A stretch of DNA of 64,000 nucleotides from Bispira polyomma (lineage: Eukaryota), in NCBI GenBank assembly GCA_965649765.1, contig OZ287750.1, positions 88,970,001 to 89,034,000 of the forward strand, in the 5' to 3' direction. Shown in pieces: positions 25,246 through 39,300 of the stretch. A model generated the notes under the pieces. It had not been told where the DNA came from, did no database searches, and saw only the letters and a program-made list of their open reading frames with translations. A program made the position numbers and the translations under genes. Numbering within the stretch: the stretch's first letter is position 1; every line of letters starts with the position of its first letter.

Positions 25246-26199
25246 ATTGTAATACATGTAATTACAAGTGATGCCAATGCTGAACAGTTAGTGATAAGAT
25301 TAGTATCTCAGGGTCATATAGTATGAGATTTTAGATGAAATATAATTACACTATTTCCAATTTTTTAATGAATTTGATAGAACTTTCTATTAGTATTGAC
25401 CATTTTTTTTTTATTAAACTGTAATTTAGAAAATGGCCATCTTAATCCTCAAGTTCTGAGAATGATAGATACTGGTGCTAAATGGCTGTACTTGGGCAGT
25501 CAAGAAAAGATTTTTTGGCACTTTGAATATAAATACAAATCAGTATAAGGCAAATATACATTTAAAGCTGAGCTTGAGTAAAAAATACCACCAAACTTCT
25601 GCATTTTTGCTTACAGTATGAGTATCTTTTTTTCTCTATCAAAATAACCAAAAGCTAGCTTTTATCAAGACACCCCTTTTTTCTAGTTCCGTGCAGGACT
25701 TCTGGTTGTGTTATGTTTCTAAAATGCCAAAGTATTCTGAGCAGGCAGTACCATTTGTGTAAAATAGAAACATAGTCTGTGTTTATGACAGAACTGTGGG
25801 CATATTAGTGCATTGACTGTACCCTTAATAATGAAAATTTTCTCACTGCAAACAGGTCAAATAAAGGGTTTTTTTCCCCAAAAAGAACAGTTCTGCTATG
25901 TCGCCATGTAAAATGAGAACAAAATGAAAGAAAAATAGGAATTCTGGCAAACTAACAGCACTTCAACTGAAACAAATTTTTACGCAGATATGACGTTGGG
26001 AAACTAAGTGCTTTTGTTTGCTACTGCAAAATTATATTTCCTGCATTGTTTATTTATATTTTTCCTTTATCAAAGTGATATCTTGTGTAGTGTGTGGCGC
26101 ATATTACATGGAAGGTGATATTCAATAGCAACTGGTGCGCTTCAAATCGGTTTGTTAAAAATATAAAGTATAGATTACATTTGACTGTCTAGAATGAAT

Positions 26200-29100
26200 T
26201 AACAGAAACAACCATGCAGGTATATAACCATACATCTTAACGCCTTTAATTACAAATGTTAATGGATGACTTAGTCTAAGTTAAGAAGATACTGCACTAT
26301 TCACATGAAATTCAAAAACAGAACTAAATTATAACGAGGACATTTTAATAAAAAATGCCTTTCATCTTCAATTTCCTTAAGATTACACATTTCACAAATA
26401 CGTTCACTGACATTCAATTTTCTCATTTTTTTAGTAATACTGTCTTTTATGTTACAGGATATACCAGTTTCAACACAGAGGGGTAGGATCCCTGTTCTAA
26501 ACTGTGCAATCATTGATCTTTCGTGTTTATGCAAATAGGTTTCGACATAATGTTCTGTTTTAAATTCATATTAATACATTATATAGAGTCGTAATTTTGG
26601 TTTTGAAATCAGTTTTTTAGAGCATTCATTTTGATTAATTACCATGTATTTATTCAATACTTCACTAACATCAATGACTTCACGATTTACAAATTTATTT
26701 TTCATAATAATTTCAGTTAGAAGGCTTAAAATATGCGAGCACCAGTTTTTTTCATATTTAATATAGTCCCACTCAAAAATGTTCTTAGTTAACCTCTCAC
26801 TTGACAGTCTAATTAAGCGATTTCATAAACGTATACTACATAGTCGTTTTGTAAATTTTGGCTTTAACCAACCCCTATCACCAACTATGGCTGCAATGGG
26901 CGCACACCTTTAGACACCAAAATAAAATCGCATGGCTTTATTCTGGACAATATCAAATTATTTAGTTCTAGTATTACCCCAAATTCCAGCACCATAATTC
27001 ATTATTGGCTCTACCCCACTTTAGTACAGTTTGTGAATGTGTTAAAACCCAAATCTTTATTATTTTTTACTTTTGCTATGATGCTCCCAAGTGCCCTACT
27101 TGATAAGTCGGCTAATGTATTGATACAGTTAAGAAAGTTTAAATGTTCGTCCAATATGACACCCAGATATTTATAACTTGAAACTATTTCAAGACTGATA
27201 TTTTCTAATTCAAACCGAAAATTACTTCTGATTTTTTTGACTTTTTTGAAAATGAACAATTTTGGTGGGTTTTTTTTTTGTTAATTGATCAATGCCATTT
27301 TGACACCAATCATAACGTGTATTTAACATAATTTTCAGGTGTTCTTCAGTATCAGATAATAAAACCATATCTGCAAGCAGTAAAATAGGAAATTTTCTAA
27401 CATCTTTTTTAATACCAACTTGTAAGTTCAATATTTCGATGCCTAGATCATTCAGAAACAATGCAAATAATAATGGTGACAAATTGTCTCCCTGTGGTAC
27501 ACCAGATTTTGTTTCAAACCACCCTGTAAACAAATCATTTACACAACCGTACACAACTAAATGTTTTACTGTACAAAGACTTCACAGCTTCATATATATG
27601 CCCTTCAATGCCATACAACAGTCATTTGAACAATAAGATGTCCCTATTTACCCAGTAGAATGGTTTTTCCATGTCAACAAAGCAACAATACGTAGAAGTT
27701 CCTACCGATAATCTATTTCTTATTATCGAAGTGAGGCTATATATATGGTCTTCACATAAGCGTTTTTTCCTGACCCCATTCTGTTCATCAACAATAATAT
27801 GCAGTTCAGAATAGTTGCTAATGCGGTTGTGCAAAATTGTGGAATATGGTTTGGCTACAGCTGAGAGTAAGCAGATTCCTCTATAATTTAATGGGACTAG
27901 GGGTCCTTTTAGAGCACTTTTAAGAATTGGTCTAACAATAGCCTTTAACCAGATACTTGGTACATGTTTTAATTATGTTCCACAAAATAATTTAAATATC
28001 AATGTGTTTTTTTTTCAGGTTTACTATGACAGATTCAACTTCATCAAAATGGATATCTTCATTTAAACTTTCCATATTATTAGTCATGTTAGATTCAAGG
28101 AGCACTGTTTGTTTCACTGTATTTTCTTAAACATTTGGGTCAAATGTATTAGTTTTAACATCATTATATAACGATTTAAAGTCTGATTGCCATTTTTTCT
28201 TTTGCCTTATAAGTGTCTGAGATAACATTATCACCGTCTTTACACTTTTTAGCATACCTTTTGACTTCTTAGGACCTAATTTATTTAAATGTCTCCAGAA
28301 AGCTTTTGGATCCTATTGGTTATAGCTAACTATATCAAACATAAGCTGTTTTTTTAAATTACGTTCAGCTTTTTGGAATGCTTTTTAAAAGATTGCTGGG
28401 CACACGTAAATTCAAATCTAAGTTTATTCTTTCCTCTTTCTTTATATTTTACATATACTTTTTCCTTATCTCTCATTTCTTTCCAAAATTTGGTTAGATC
28501 ACCTGTGTAGTGTGGCTTAATGTTACAAAAAAAATTTCTTACACAATTTAGATGAGGTTGTGTAATTCAGATGCTGATCTAGCTTTGAAAATGTCTTATA
28601 TTTTAATTTTCTTGATTAATGTTAAGTGACTAAATAGTATTAATTATGTCTGTTACGGCCAATTTAAATTGCACTGAATTCATATATTTATGTGGTTTGT
28701 TTTCAAAATAACAATAACGACTGTTCATAGATGATACCTTGGTACTATGACTTCCTGTAGTACTTTGTGCTTTATTGAATAAAGTTATATTTATTACTGA
28801 TCCTGGCATTGAGATCTCCAGAAAAACACACACAGTCACAAAACGAGGACTGGTATAATAGATTTATAAGGTGACTGTAAAAAGTAATCAACATTTTTCC
28901 CGTATGGACTGTTATCAAGTGAAAGGTAACAGGCTACTAGTACAACATTAACTTCGGTGTATTTGTGTTTTATTTACAAAGCCAGGATGCCATCTACCTA
29001 TTTATAAATGATGAAAACATTAAAGTTCTCCAAAACATAATTTTTAACTAAAATAGCTGCACCACCCAATGGTTTAGGAGCTTTAAGATTTACAAATTGT

Positions 29101-29950
29101 CTGCTGTTAAGATAACTTTTATAACCAACAACTGCAAATAATTTTTTCTTCAAATGAGATAAATGAGATGAATTTATAAATGTAAGACAACAAATGTCAT
29201 TATCTTGAGAGTTTGTTATAGCCTGATGTAACGCTTTATTGTTATCTGTCCATCCATTAATATTCAAGCATATTACTTTTAAGTGAGAATTATAGTTGAA
29301 AATGGGCTGGGAGTCATTCTATGCACTTGAAGTAGTGTACGTTTTTTTTTCCTTGCACCAATTGAGCCATTGTTAGTAGAAGTATTTGGTAATGATTCAC
29401 CCATTGCAAGGTTTAAAGAACCGACTTTATCCAGGAGTGGTCTGTCTGCTAAGCTTGGTTGAGTTGCATTTTCCTGAGTTTGATTTACAGCATGGGTGTC
29501 TGGCACTTGTTTGGGGACTAACAAAGCATGAATAGTGAGCCTCAACTGACTACCCAAAGGAGCGTGTTATAAGATCACTTTCACATTTTGCTCCCGAGCA
29601 CGTTCGGAGTGAGTTTTGCTGGAGTATAAATACACTTTCTTGAAGAAACGATTGTCTCTCAAGTTCTTGAGCAGAGGTAGGTTTCTTCCTCGCGGGGGTA
29701 GTCGAGCAGATTTCATGATGTAAACCTTTTTCTTTATTGGTAATTATTGGTATTGGTAGTCTGCAATGTCCTTTTCAAATGTTACTTGCATTGCTTCCTG
29801 GTTAACTAATGTTTTTTTCTAATATTTCTATGTCCGTCAAAGCTGAAGCACCACTGCTGTTTTCAGTAACACTTTTAACTTGGTGTGGTTCAAGTGTCCC
29901 TTTCTATTTTAAAGGATTATCTCCATCACTACTAGTGTTTAATCCCCGTA
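26200..29950 (-). mobile_element. Near full-length decayed non-LTR retrotransposon (CR1/L2 group, Daphne-like C-terminus)
   Basis: APE endonuclease start (NINGW...GGAAILVK, 28998-29267). RT motifs YRGICLLS, DEQNGVRK, FVDMEK, GVPQGDNLSPLLFALFLND, YKYLGV. C-terminal GILPLCVETG..RICEMC..EDERHFLLKCPRY. ORF1 remnants at 29.3-29.9 kb. Confidence 0.9.
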
Positions 29951-30968
29951 CTTTAAGTTTGTCACTTCCAAACACCATACTGTAATAGCCAGGAGTACTT
30001 TTCAAATAAACAGCAACAGCAGCAGGGTAGTTCAACACACTGGTTATCGATTAATAACTGGACAAAAAGTCGAGTCACTAAATAGTAACCATGGGGTACT
30101 GTATTCACAGGTAGATAAGTAATACTTGCCCACTGAAGAGTAAGGTCCTTCCACACAGCATGTTTAATACAGAGAAAAGCTACAATTGGGTACTGTCTGT
30201 GTACAATTGGATACTGTTTATGTACAGAGTATTGACTGCAGCCAGGGACTCCCCTGTTTCCAATTTCGCCCATCAAGGCTACTATTTTAATAGTTACTAG
30301 GCCCTTTCACTGTGGTAGAATTATTTTATTGGAAGGCTGTTCACCATGTATTTTAATCACTACAGCATAGTACACTTTCTTTATGCATTGCCACGTAGTC
30401 TGCAATTATCGCCCACCAAGGCTATTACACATACTTCTTAGTGTTTTCAGTCAAATAAGATTAAAATGTTCACTTCACCTATTTTAAGGACACTTAATAC
30501 TTTGTTTCTAAAAGTGGTGAACACTGCACTTTTCAAAAGATATATTTGTAATTGTTTTGAAATTTTGTTGTTCGTTAGTACATACTTAAGAAGGAATTTA
30601 CCAATTACCAATTAACTTTACGTCCATTAAAGCAATGTGTATTCATATACTTTACTTTCAGTACGGAGATGCATCCTAAATTCTAGCTGGGCTTGGTAAG
30701 CTGTGATTGGCATACCAAAAACATGGAAACTCCACTTTTATTCCTTGAATTACAAAATTACAAATTTTAGACCTCGCAGGCCGAGCCAAAAGTCATGGTC
30801 GCAAGCTGCACTTACACAAACAAAAAAGGTCAATTCTATTCTGGGTAAATCTCTTTCTTCCTGAATGTGATGGAACAGTAATGTCTGGCAGAAATGTGTC
30901 TTTCTCTATGATATGACAAATTGTAAGCTGAACAAGTGACTTGGGGATCCAGGGGTCAGTACCGCAAG

Positions 30969-30993
30969 CCCCCCCCCCCCCCCCCCCCCCCCC
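30969..30993 (+). repeat. Poly-C tract (G-run on minus strand)
   Basis: About 25 consecutive C. Confidence 0.9.
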
Positions 30994-31839
30994 ATTTTAA
31001 ATAATTTTGGAGCTGCAACAAACAGGCAATATAGCAACTATGTATGTTCACCAGATATTCTGGCAATGCCAGTAACCCACATGTTTCCATAGTGAGGAGG
31101 AATAATTTATCCATACTCTTGTCAGCTAAAATATAATATGACATTTTAATCAGAGAATTCTGGCAGAGATAGGTAACTTGTATCCCAATATTTGGACTAA
31201 GAAATAGTTCAGTTACTGGTTCTTTATTAATCTGATCACCAAAATATTACAGGCCTTTAGATATCTATTCTACCTTAGAGAAACTGACTGTTGTAATTCA
31301 TCATTTTTGTGTAAAATATGTTTTTCGCATTATTTCAGCATGAAATTGATATGCACTTGTGCTGAATTTATGTGTTTTAGAATGTGTTTTAAGCTGTAGA
31401 ATAAATTTGAATGCTCCACAGTACATAATGTATTAGTCTATGTGCACTGTTTATTTAGGTTAATTGGAATCTCTTTGGTAGCCCCCATACTTGAAACAAG
31501 GTTTAGGTATTCATGTAAGTAACGGTTCAACAATTAGCCCATTGTCCAACGAATATATAGTTGATTTCACTAAAGTAGTTCCAACAAAAGTGCAATAGCT
31601 ATTGTTTGAGAATCACAAAAACATACAAGTGGTTTGTTGCATGCTTTGTGATATTGCCCCTAAGAATATTCACCGTGGGGCCCCACTCTAATGAATATTT
31701 GGATATTTGATCTTATATTCTTTAATGTACACAAACCCACAGGACCTTAAAAACATCCTATATAGAGCTAAATGCTTTGTCCATACTAAATATTGGGTAA
31801 GACTATAAACTAAAACTGATGATCAAAGTTTGCTAATAG

Positions 31840-31955
31840 GACTTGCCATAGGATGGTGGTTTACAGTGCTTAGGACAGGTTTTCTCCAACATTAAATCTG
31901 TTCGTTGTGATATGACCTAAGCTGTTTAAAGCAGCTTAAATCCAAACTAAATTTA
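31840..31955 (+). mobile_element. 3' half of SINE family B
   Basis: ggtggtttac...ggttttctccaacattaaatc...tatgacct matches 25140-25235. Confidence 0.6.
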
Positions 31956-32769
31956 ACTAAGAAAAATCATAGAAAACAAATCTGTGTGTGTTTTAATAGT
32001 CAAATAGCAATAAATAAATATCAAATAACAAAAACACCTCCAATTACCATATGGACAACTATTAGTTTCTCTCTTTGCATTATGTTGACTTTAAGGAATA
32101 GCTAAATATGACGAGTTGGTGGAACTGTCACTTATTAAGATACAAAAAATGGGTATAATCTATCAGTCCGAGGCGGATCCAGGGGTACACTTTTTTTAAT
32201 CGCTCTGGGAGTGGCCATCCCCACCGCCCTTTATAAAGTGCTGTATATACTTTTGCTATGCTTTCAGACACCATTCACTATATACATTAAATAAGAAATT
32301 AAAATCTTAAACTAGGGTTAAAGAAAATTCAGTAAAGAAACTATGGACAAAAGTTTTGTCTCCTAGACACTCTGTTATTAAAGACATTGCAAAGTCTGTT
32401 TTATTGTGTGTGTTGTTTTTTAATAAGTAAAAACCTATTTCAGTAAAAGCTTGATATCAAGATGTGATAGTGAGAAAAAAAAGCACACAAATGGCTCCAA
32501 AAATTTTAAGAACTTTGTCTTTTAGAATACAATTGATACCACACAAAATATCAATCATCAATATTCAGCCATCAAAGTTCGGAATAAATTGTTTATTTGA
32601 AAACAATATCCTTAGCACCTAGTTTATTTATTTTGCCTAACCTTACTTCAATAATGACCAATCGCAATAGCTTGGGTCCCTTCACATTTGATTGTTTATT
32701 TTTTGGTGTAATAAAAATAAGGATAAAAGACATTATGAAATTAATTGAATTAAAGGTGTGGAACTGTAG

Positions 32770-33070
32770 ATTTAACAAAGAGGCACATGTATTAACCGTG
32801 GCAACAGGTGTTAAATAAAAACTACAAAACAAATCAAAACAGTGGTATGACGTAAAAAATGCTTGTATGTGACAAGCACGAATACGTTAACATTAATTAA
32901 CCAGCATTACTCTGTAGTTTCAGTTAATATATTAAAACTACATCTTGTAGTGCCTCCAGTTACATCAGAAATATGTAGATGTATACCTATTTTTTTCTGT
33001 CATATCTGGTTCTTTCAGTGTTACCTCCATATTATATCAAAGAAATAAATTTATTAACAATGATGATACC
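32770..33070 (+). repeat. Dispersed ~300-bp duplication (partner ~59490-59770)
   Basis: Shared aaaactacaa..aaaacagtggt.tgacgt..gtatgtgacaagcacgaa..gcattactct..atattaaaac.acatcttg.agtgc.tccagtta. Confidence 0.8.
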
Positions 33071-34239
33071 ATATATAGGGAACAATGTTTGATAGCCACT
33101 GCAGAAAAACAATTGCCAATTCTAACTCAATATTTGCACTGAATATTAATCAACAATAAACTGCCTAAATGGTAACACTTATGGAGTATTGATCAAGTAG
33201 AAATGCATGAAGTAGTATAGAGAGAGATATTTTTTTTAATTTAAAGATAATGTCTTCAACGACAATTACCTGCAGCTACAAACCACTTGGGATTCTTGTA
33301 TTTAAGTGCCACTGCTATATCAATATTCACATAAACACACATAAGCAGCAATCCCTTAGCACTAGGGCTTATGAGACACATTCACTATACATAAAATTTG
33401 TCACAGTAAACATTTAGATAATCAATATCTGATTAATTATTTGCCAAAATGCTTGCTCACTAATACACTAAATTGATTATCAGATATGCCTAAACATGTC
33501 CTAGATGTATTCACAGTACATATATATTACATAAAAATTACATATTCATCAAAGTCCACGTGATGACATATATGATCTGTGTTTTCATCACACTTACATA
33601 AGAATTAATGAAGACTATGACATGAAATTGTACTTCTTGCATATATCCATATATCCTGATTTAAGAGAAATAATTAAAACGTGAGTATGCAGGTTAAAAT
33701 TACCATGAAAAACAGTAATATAATATAATCATAAAATTAGTTGAAGTACCAGAACATCTAAGTGTGGAAGGTAATTCTCCAAATGACTTTTTTGCAATTC
33801 TGGCAACAGTGAAACGATGGTCCTCACGATATTTATATATGTTAAAAATAGAATTTTTTCATAGATGATGTTAAATAACAAACGACAGGTTTGAACATAT
33901 AATAATGGATGGTACACTCGCTTTGGTCCAAAGTCCACTTTTCACACTATATGCCCAAATTATGGAACAACCTGGCTATGGAATATTTATAAAGCTCTAT
34001 TAAATCGTCCCTTCAGAACAAAACTAGAAAGCTATCCTCCTTAGCAATATTCTTTCCAGGCATCTCCATGGTTAATTTCACTCTTCTATTTAATAGCTGT
34101 ATTATTAGGGAACATTGCTGTTTTGCTGTTGTGTCTGAGAGTCTGCCGGTATGGAGGTCAAGCAACAAAGGAGTTAGAAAGATCAAATTTATAATTGGTT
34201 CATATATATATATATATTTATATGTAATGATTGATAATG

Positions 34240-36100
34240 ATTCTATGTTTATCTTTTCTAAACTAAAGGCATTTCAGACAACTTCCACTTTGTACAAACC
34301 ATTAAAATGATACTAATATTACCTAAGATAAAAGTCTTAGATTTATGTGTTAAGCCTTAGAGCTGAGCTAATTTCTGGTCATTAGTTTGGGAGGAATCTT
34401 GTTTTTACAATTCTAGATAACGCTGTAAAAAATGTCCGTCTGGAGTGTTTGACAAATTTAGTAAATCAGCTTTAATTATTGTATTCATTTTATTTATTTA
34501 GGGTTTAACATGATCTAAAAATATGTGTTACATCAACCTCTTCATAAAACATCAGTGTCAAATCAAACACTTTCATAATCCCTACTAAATCTATTTTGCA
34601 CAAAAAATAGTCATATATCAGCTGCAATATTATCTCTGAATTGAAAGACTGTTCGTGAATGTTCTCAGCCCTGAAGCCTCCATTAGTGGTTGTGTCCATA
34701 ATTTGGACCCATGTGTGTACTCAAAGTCAACACAGACATCATTTCAAATATTATTTATATTTTAGAGTCAAAACATTCGACAATTGTGTACTTTTTTATT
34801 TATGGTAGAGTTGATGCATTTCCCTCCCTGGTTTGATATATTTGTCAATAGTGCTGGGCTAAGGTATTGTTAGTGGTTTATTCAGTAAAAATATGTATTA
34901 AGTACGAGGTAGCCTGCTTATACTTTGTTTGCATTTTTTTAGATCTATTGTAAATTTTTACTGGGCAAGAGATGGTGTTAGCTTTGGCCATTTACTGAAT
35001 ACTGCACTATTCAAACAGTTCAACAGAATAACAAAATAGCACAGTTTTTGTTGCCATTAATGTTTGTTACCCCATCTTTGAGGATTGTAAAAGGATTTTA
35101 ATTTCAGGAATAAGAATGGGCTTTAAAGTATATAATATAAACAAGTAAGACATTTCTTTAATTACTCCGGAAGAAAAGATTGCCTTTGACAGGGAATATA
35201 GACAATAATTTTTTTTTTAAATTTTGCTCAGAGATCGTCTTTTTAAGAAATTTGACTTGTATTGTTTTACAAAATAATGTTTTAAAGTGATGGATATGTA
35301 TCAATATCAATCCATATTTAAGTAGTTCATTCTTAATTATGTAAGGCAAAGAAGTGTATTTTTTGTTTGTTACCAGGGGTATATAAATATTACTCAACTG
35401 AATTACAAAAATTTTGTGCATGGATGGGGCACGGGCCTAGAAAGAATCCAACACATTTTTGAGCAGATCCATGTTATTTAGTCTGCCACTGGAGACAGTG
35501 TCCAATGGCAGATGACTACCATTTTAAAGGATTATCTGAGTCAATTGGTATCTACCTGTATATAGCAGCCTCAGGTCAAGATCAAACCTACATTCTCTGC
35601 TGTTTAATGCCCAGTTCACATGTTGGCGTTATTGTACCATACGGTACTGTAACTTGTTATTCTGCATAATAAATCGGCTGTTAAACCTTACCCTGAACTT
35701 TTGCCTCATTACTTCTGTAAATATGACAATATACTCTATTCCTTACCTAATAAGAATATTGCGAATATTTTTACCAACAATATTCCTCTTTTGCCGACAA
35801 CTACAAATTCCACATTCAACCGTTAAGGTATCCAGACGGCTACTATCATACTTGTAGGTGTGACTTATGCATTAGGTTTTGTCTGTAACATGAGGTCTCA
35901 TAAATGTTATTGTAATCTTATTCAAACAAGTACTGAGTGTTGCGTCATGTATATTTTTGTACTACAATTGAAAATGTATAGACATATCCTTGGAACTTGA
36001 CCTCAAATCTAGGACGTTTTTTGACCTTGGTTAAATACTGTATCTGAACATGTGTAGACACCAGGAACTAGCTGTTTCACTAATTGCAGTTGTACAATGT
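34240..36100 (+). repeat. Second host duplication, unit 3 (paralogous to ~38160-43225)
   Basis: Collinear blocks 34240-34580/38160-38640, 34590-35345/39543-40285, 35569-35640/40383-40450, 35705-35930/42228-42405, 35975-36085/43105-43222. Confidence 0.8.
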
Positions 36101-36789
36101 GACGAAATGGAACATTCGCCAGTAAAGATTGTTATACCATTTAAACTGGCAAAGGGTTTCCTAAAATAGCTTTTGGTGTCATTTAAAAGAGATTTTAATT
36201 TACTAGAGGTGACATAAAGTGTGGAGTGATTTTAACTCTTTACACCAGAACAAAATCATAACAAACATTCCTCCAAGCCATGAAAAAAATCCTTCAAACC
36301 ATACTACAAAATTACAAGTTACAATAATTAAATGACAAATATGCAACAGTACTGCACCAGTTTCACTAATTACAGTTGGGAATTAATGATAACAAATGAT
36401 ACATTATAATGCACGGCATGACCCAAGAGAAGTCTGCTAGTTCAGTTATACCAGTAAAAGTTATTAGCTGCCTTGATCCCTGGTGGCAGATTTGACAAAA
36501 TGTTTCAGTCTGTCCATCTACCTAATACTGACCAATCGGATTACTTTTCCACCCACCTCCCCTTTACCACAGCATTTATAAAGGTTTTTTATTTCACATA
36601 AAAAGAGTAAACCTTACATTTGTAGAATAAATGTGAATTTTATGCACAGCCTTTGGCCTTTTATACACCGCTAGTTATGAGGAGAAATTTCCATAATATC
36701 AGCTTAAAGAGCAAAATGTAGTAGATTCCATTTCTTTAAATCTGATAAGATTTCATTTCCCAGACAGCAGCCTCTGTGTTTCAAACCTT

Positions 36790-36891
36790 AGGCCTTGTGG
36801 AGACAGGTCCCTTCTCGTAAACTACCCTCTGGTTTGGGCTACCGTAGAGACTTAGAAGCTCTGCTAGAAGGGACCTGTCTCTTCCAGGCTA
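36790..36891. mobile_element. ~100-bp hairpin / miniature inverted-repeat element
   Basis: gagacaggtcccttct (36800-36815) pairs perfectly with agaagggacctgtctc (36866-36881). Ends TAG...CTA. Confidence 0.65.
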
Positions 36892-37203
36892 CTAGGTGCC
36901 ACAGGCCCAGGGTTCTAACTGGAGTCTAGCTGCATTTTTTAATTATTCGTTGGAATTTAATTGTTTTGAAAGTTATAAAGTTTTCTATAAACTAGATAGT
37001 GTAGATTAAATTTCCGGGCCATAGAGGCAACGACTTGCTTAAGTGGTGATTTTTAGCTATTGGGTATCAAAGATGTTGTTTATATTCAATTGGCCAGTCC
37101 TTTGTTGTTGTCCTGATATTCTCAGATTATGTATTTGATATGTCATTTTTCATTTTAGATCACCTGTGTGATGGGTGTTTTAATATTATTACATATATTT
37201 AAA

Positions 37204-37208
<5 letters not shown>

Positions 37209-37268
<60 letters not shown>
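37209..37268. repeat. (TA)n microsatellite
   Basis: About 60 bp of perfect TA. Confidence 0.97.
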
Positions 37269-37271
<3 letters not shown>

Positions 37272-38258
37272 GAAACCCTTTGCCAGTTTAAATTACTGAC
37301 TGTTTTCATGTTATCAGGTATAACAATCTTTACTGGCGCATGTTCCATTTCGTCACATGGTACAACTGCAATTAGTGAAACAGCTAGTTCCTGGTGTCTA
37401 CACATGTTCAGATACAGTATATTACCCTAGCTGTATGTACTTATACACTGCTAACAAGTACAGTAATAAAGTCATCAAACCATAGTTTCACTGAATTCTG
37501 CTTACAATCTTACTTATCACCTTTGACCTTCAAACTCTACCTTCTTTGCTTTTCACAAGTTAGAACTGCATGGGTGATTTTAAACAGTGGATGGATAATC
37601 TAAAATCGCTCTTAAGCTACCCTAAGAAAACCGATTTTAAATAACTCTGGGAAACTTCAAGTGTGGGATAATTTAAAGTATTTACACCCACACAAAAACA
37701 CAGCAAGCTTTCTAAGTCGCAAACGAAATCCTTTAATCAATACCCCAAACGTTACAGTTATTATAATTAAAAGACCATTATAATTTTTTGTTTGAGTGAT
37801 TGCCAGTGTTTTGCTATAATTTTCTAGTTACAGTTAAACAATTATAACAAAGTATTTGATAACTTGTTTCAGTTTATTAAACTATTTCTTTTGTTTGTGT
37901 AATATAAAGTTCGTGTTTCATAAAATAAATATGACAATATAACAAACAAAATGTTGCACCAAGTTGCTCTATATCAGACAATTATCCATACAGAGGGAAA
38001 TGATGTAGCATTTCAACTAATAATTCTCTTACCAGGGATTTATGCCAAACACAATTATTCGGCTTTTGGAGTCAAACAAAAACGCTTCCAAAATTGATTT
38101 TAGATTTTCTGTGGTTGATATATATATATTTATATTTTATAAACTATTTTAGAAACCATAACTGCCCTAAATTACCCTTTGTACAAACCATGAAACTTAT
38201 ACTGGAATTAGCTCATAAAAGTCACATTTAAGACACACTTAAGGCTAAGGTAATCTAT

Positions 38259-38405
38259 GGGGTCATATTCACAAACATTCTTAGATTGCAATTCTTGAAA
38301 CTTTCTTAGGCTCAGCCAATCAGATTGTTAAAAACAATACTTTGACCTAATCAAATTAATTAAAATATAAATCTAAGAATAGGAATATTTTTGAATACCA
38401 GCCCA
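38259..38405. mobile_element. MITE family B copy
   Basis: ggggtcatattcacaaa ... ttttgaataccagccc termini. It appears as an insertion relative to paralogous unit 3 (~34375). Confidence 0.65.
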
Positions 38406-38759
38406 GGTCATTCGTGTGGGAGAAATCTTCAAAACAAAAGGATGTGCCACTTACCACTTACACAGAATGCCTTCAGATAACATCGCAAATATGTCCCTCT
38501 GGACTTTTTGACAAATTTGATGAATTTGCCTCAATGCTTGTATTAACTTTATTTATTGTATGTGTAGCATCACATTAAAAATGTGTTGACTCAACTCGTT
38601 CCTTAAAACGTGTCCAATCAAACACTTTCATAACCCTGACTATTATTGTCATTATATAAAAATGTCTATAGCACCATATTGATATAGCATCCTATAAGGC
38701 ACTGGTTGTCCAAATGGTAAGTCGGAGAACAGAAATGGGACATGGAACCATTGATCATG

Positions 38760-39300
38760 ATCTCTCAAATCGATTGCAATCTGTTAAACTGTCCACTCCA
38801 CTCAAAAGGGGATTTCCACAGACTCCAATGTATCCAAAACTCACTAACCAGAATAGTCATCAACCACTCTAAGTACCCTCATATCACTCCGGTCCTCCAA
38901 AGTCTTCACTGGTTGCCTATTGAGTTTTAATCTATATTCAAAACAGCTACTCTAGTGTATAAATTCCTTAACTATGGTCGTCCACTTTATTTGAGCAAAT
39001 ACTTTACACCTTAAATACGCAGTCACAACACTAGAAGGAATAATCCAGAAAAGGGATTCCTTGCTGTTCCGAGAATTGTCTCATCAGTTCATACAACCAA
39101 ATCTTACTTTAACATTAGTTTTGCTTATGATTCCCAATGCTTTGGAATGATCAAAGCCCAAAATCCTACCAGTGTCTCCACGTTGCTGACCCATGCCTGT
39201 CCCTACGGTTATTCAAATTTGAATAATGATTCTGCTTGCGCCTTAGAATCTCCTATTATAGAGAGATTAAGCGCAATAAAAGTCAGATTCGATTAGATCT
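38760..39300 (+). mobile_element. 3' fragment of an L2-clade LINE
   Basis: RLQCIQNSLTRIV...HITPVLQSLHWLPIE, then IFKTATLVYKFL. 3' end gcgccttaga...gcgcaataaaagtcagatt. Confidence 0.85.

Larger units (their letters stand above)
20870..30920 (+). repeat. Host segmental tandem duplication, unit 2
   Basis: Collinear with 9360-20545 and carries different TE insertions. Confidence 0.8.
36034..37422. repeat. Near-perfect ~130-bp inverted duplication (36037-36164 vs 37268-37420)
   Basis: actgtatctgaacatgtgtagacaccaggaactagctgtttcactaattgcagttgtac...aaactggcaaagggtttcctaa and its reverse complement, which carries a short insertion. Confidence 0.9.

Noticed and set aside
29962-30276. 104-aa ORF with HxQYPIV repeats
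   Set aside because: Produced by a 21-bp tandem repeat near the LINE 5' end. No domain evidence.
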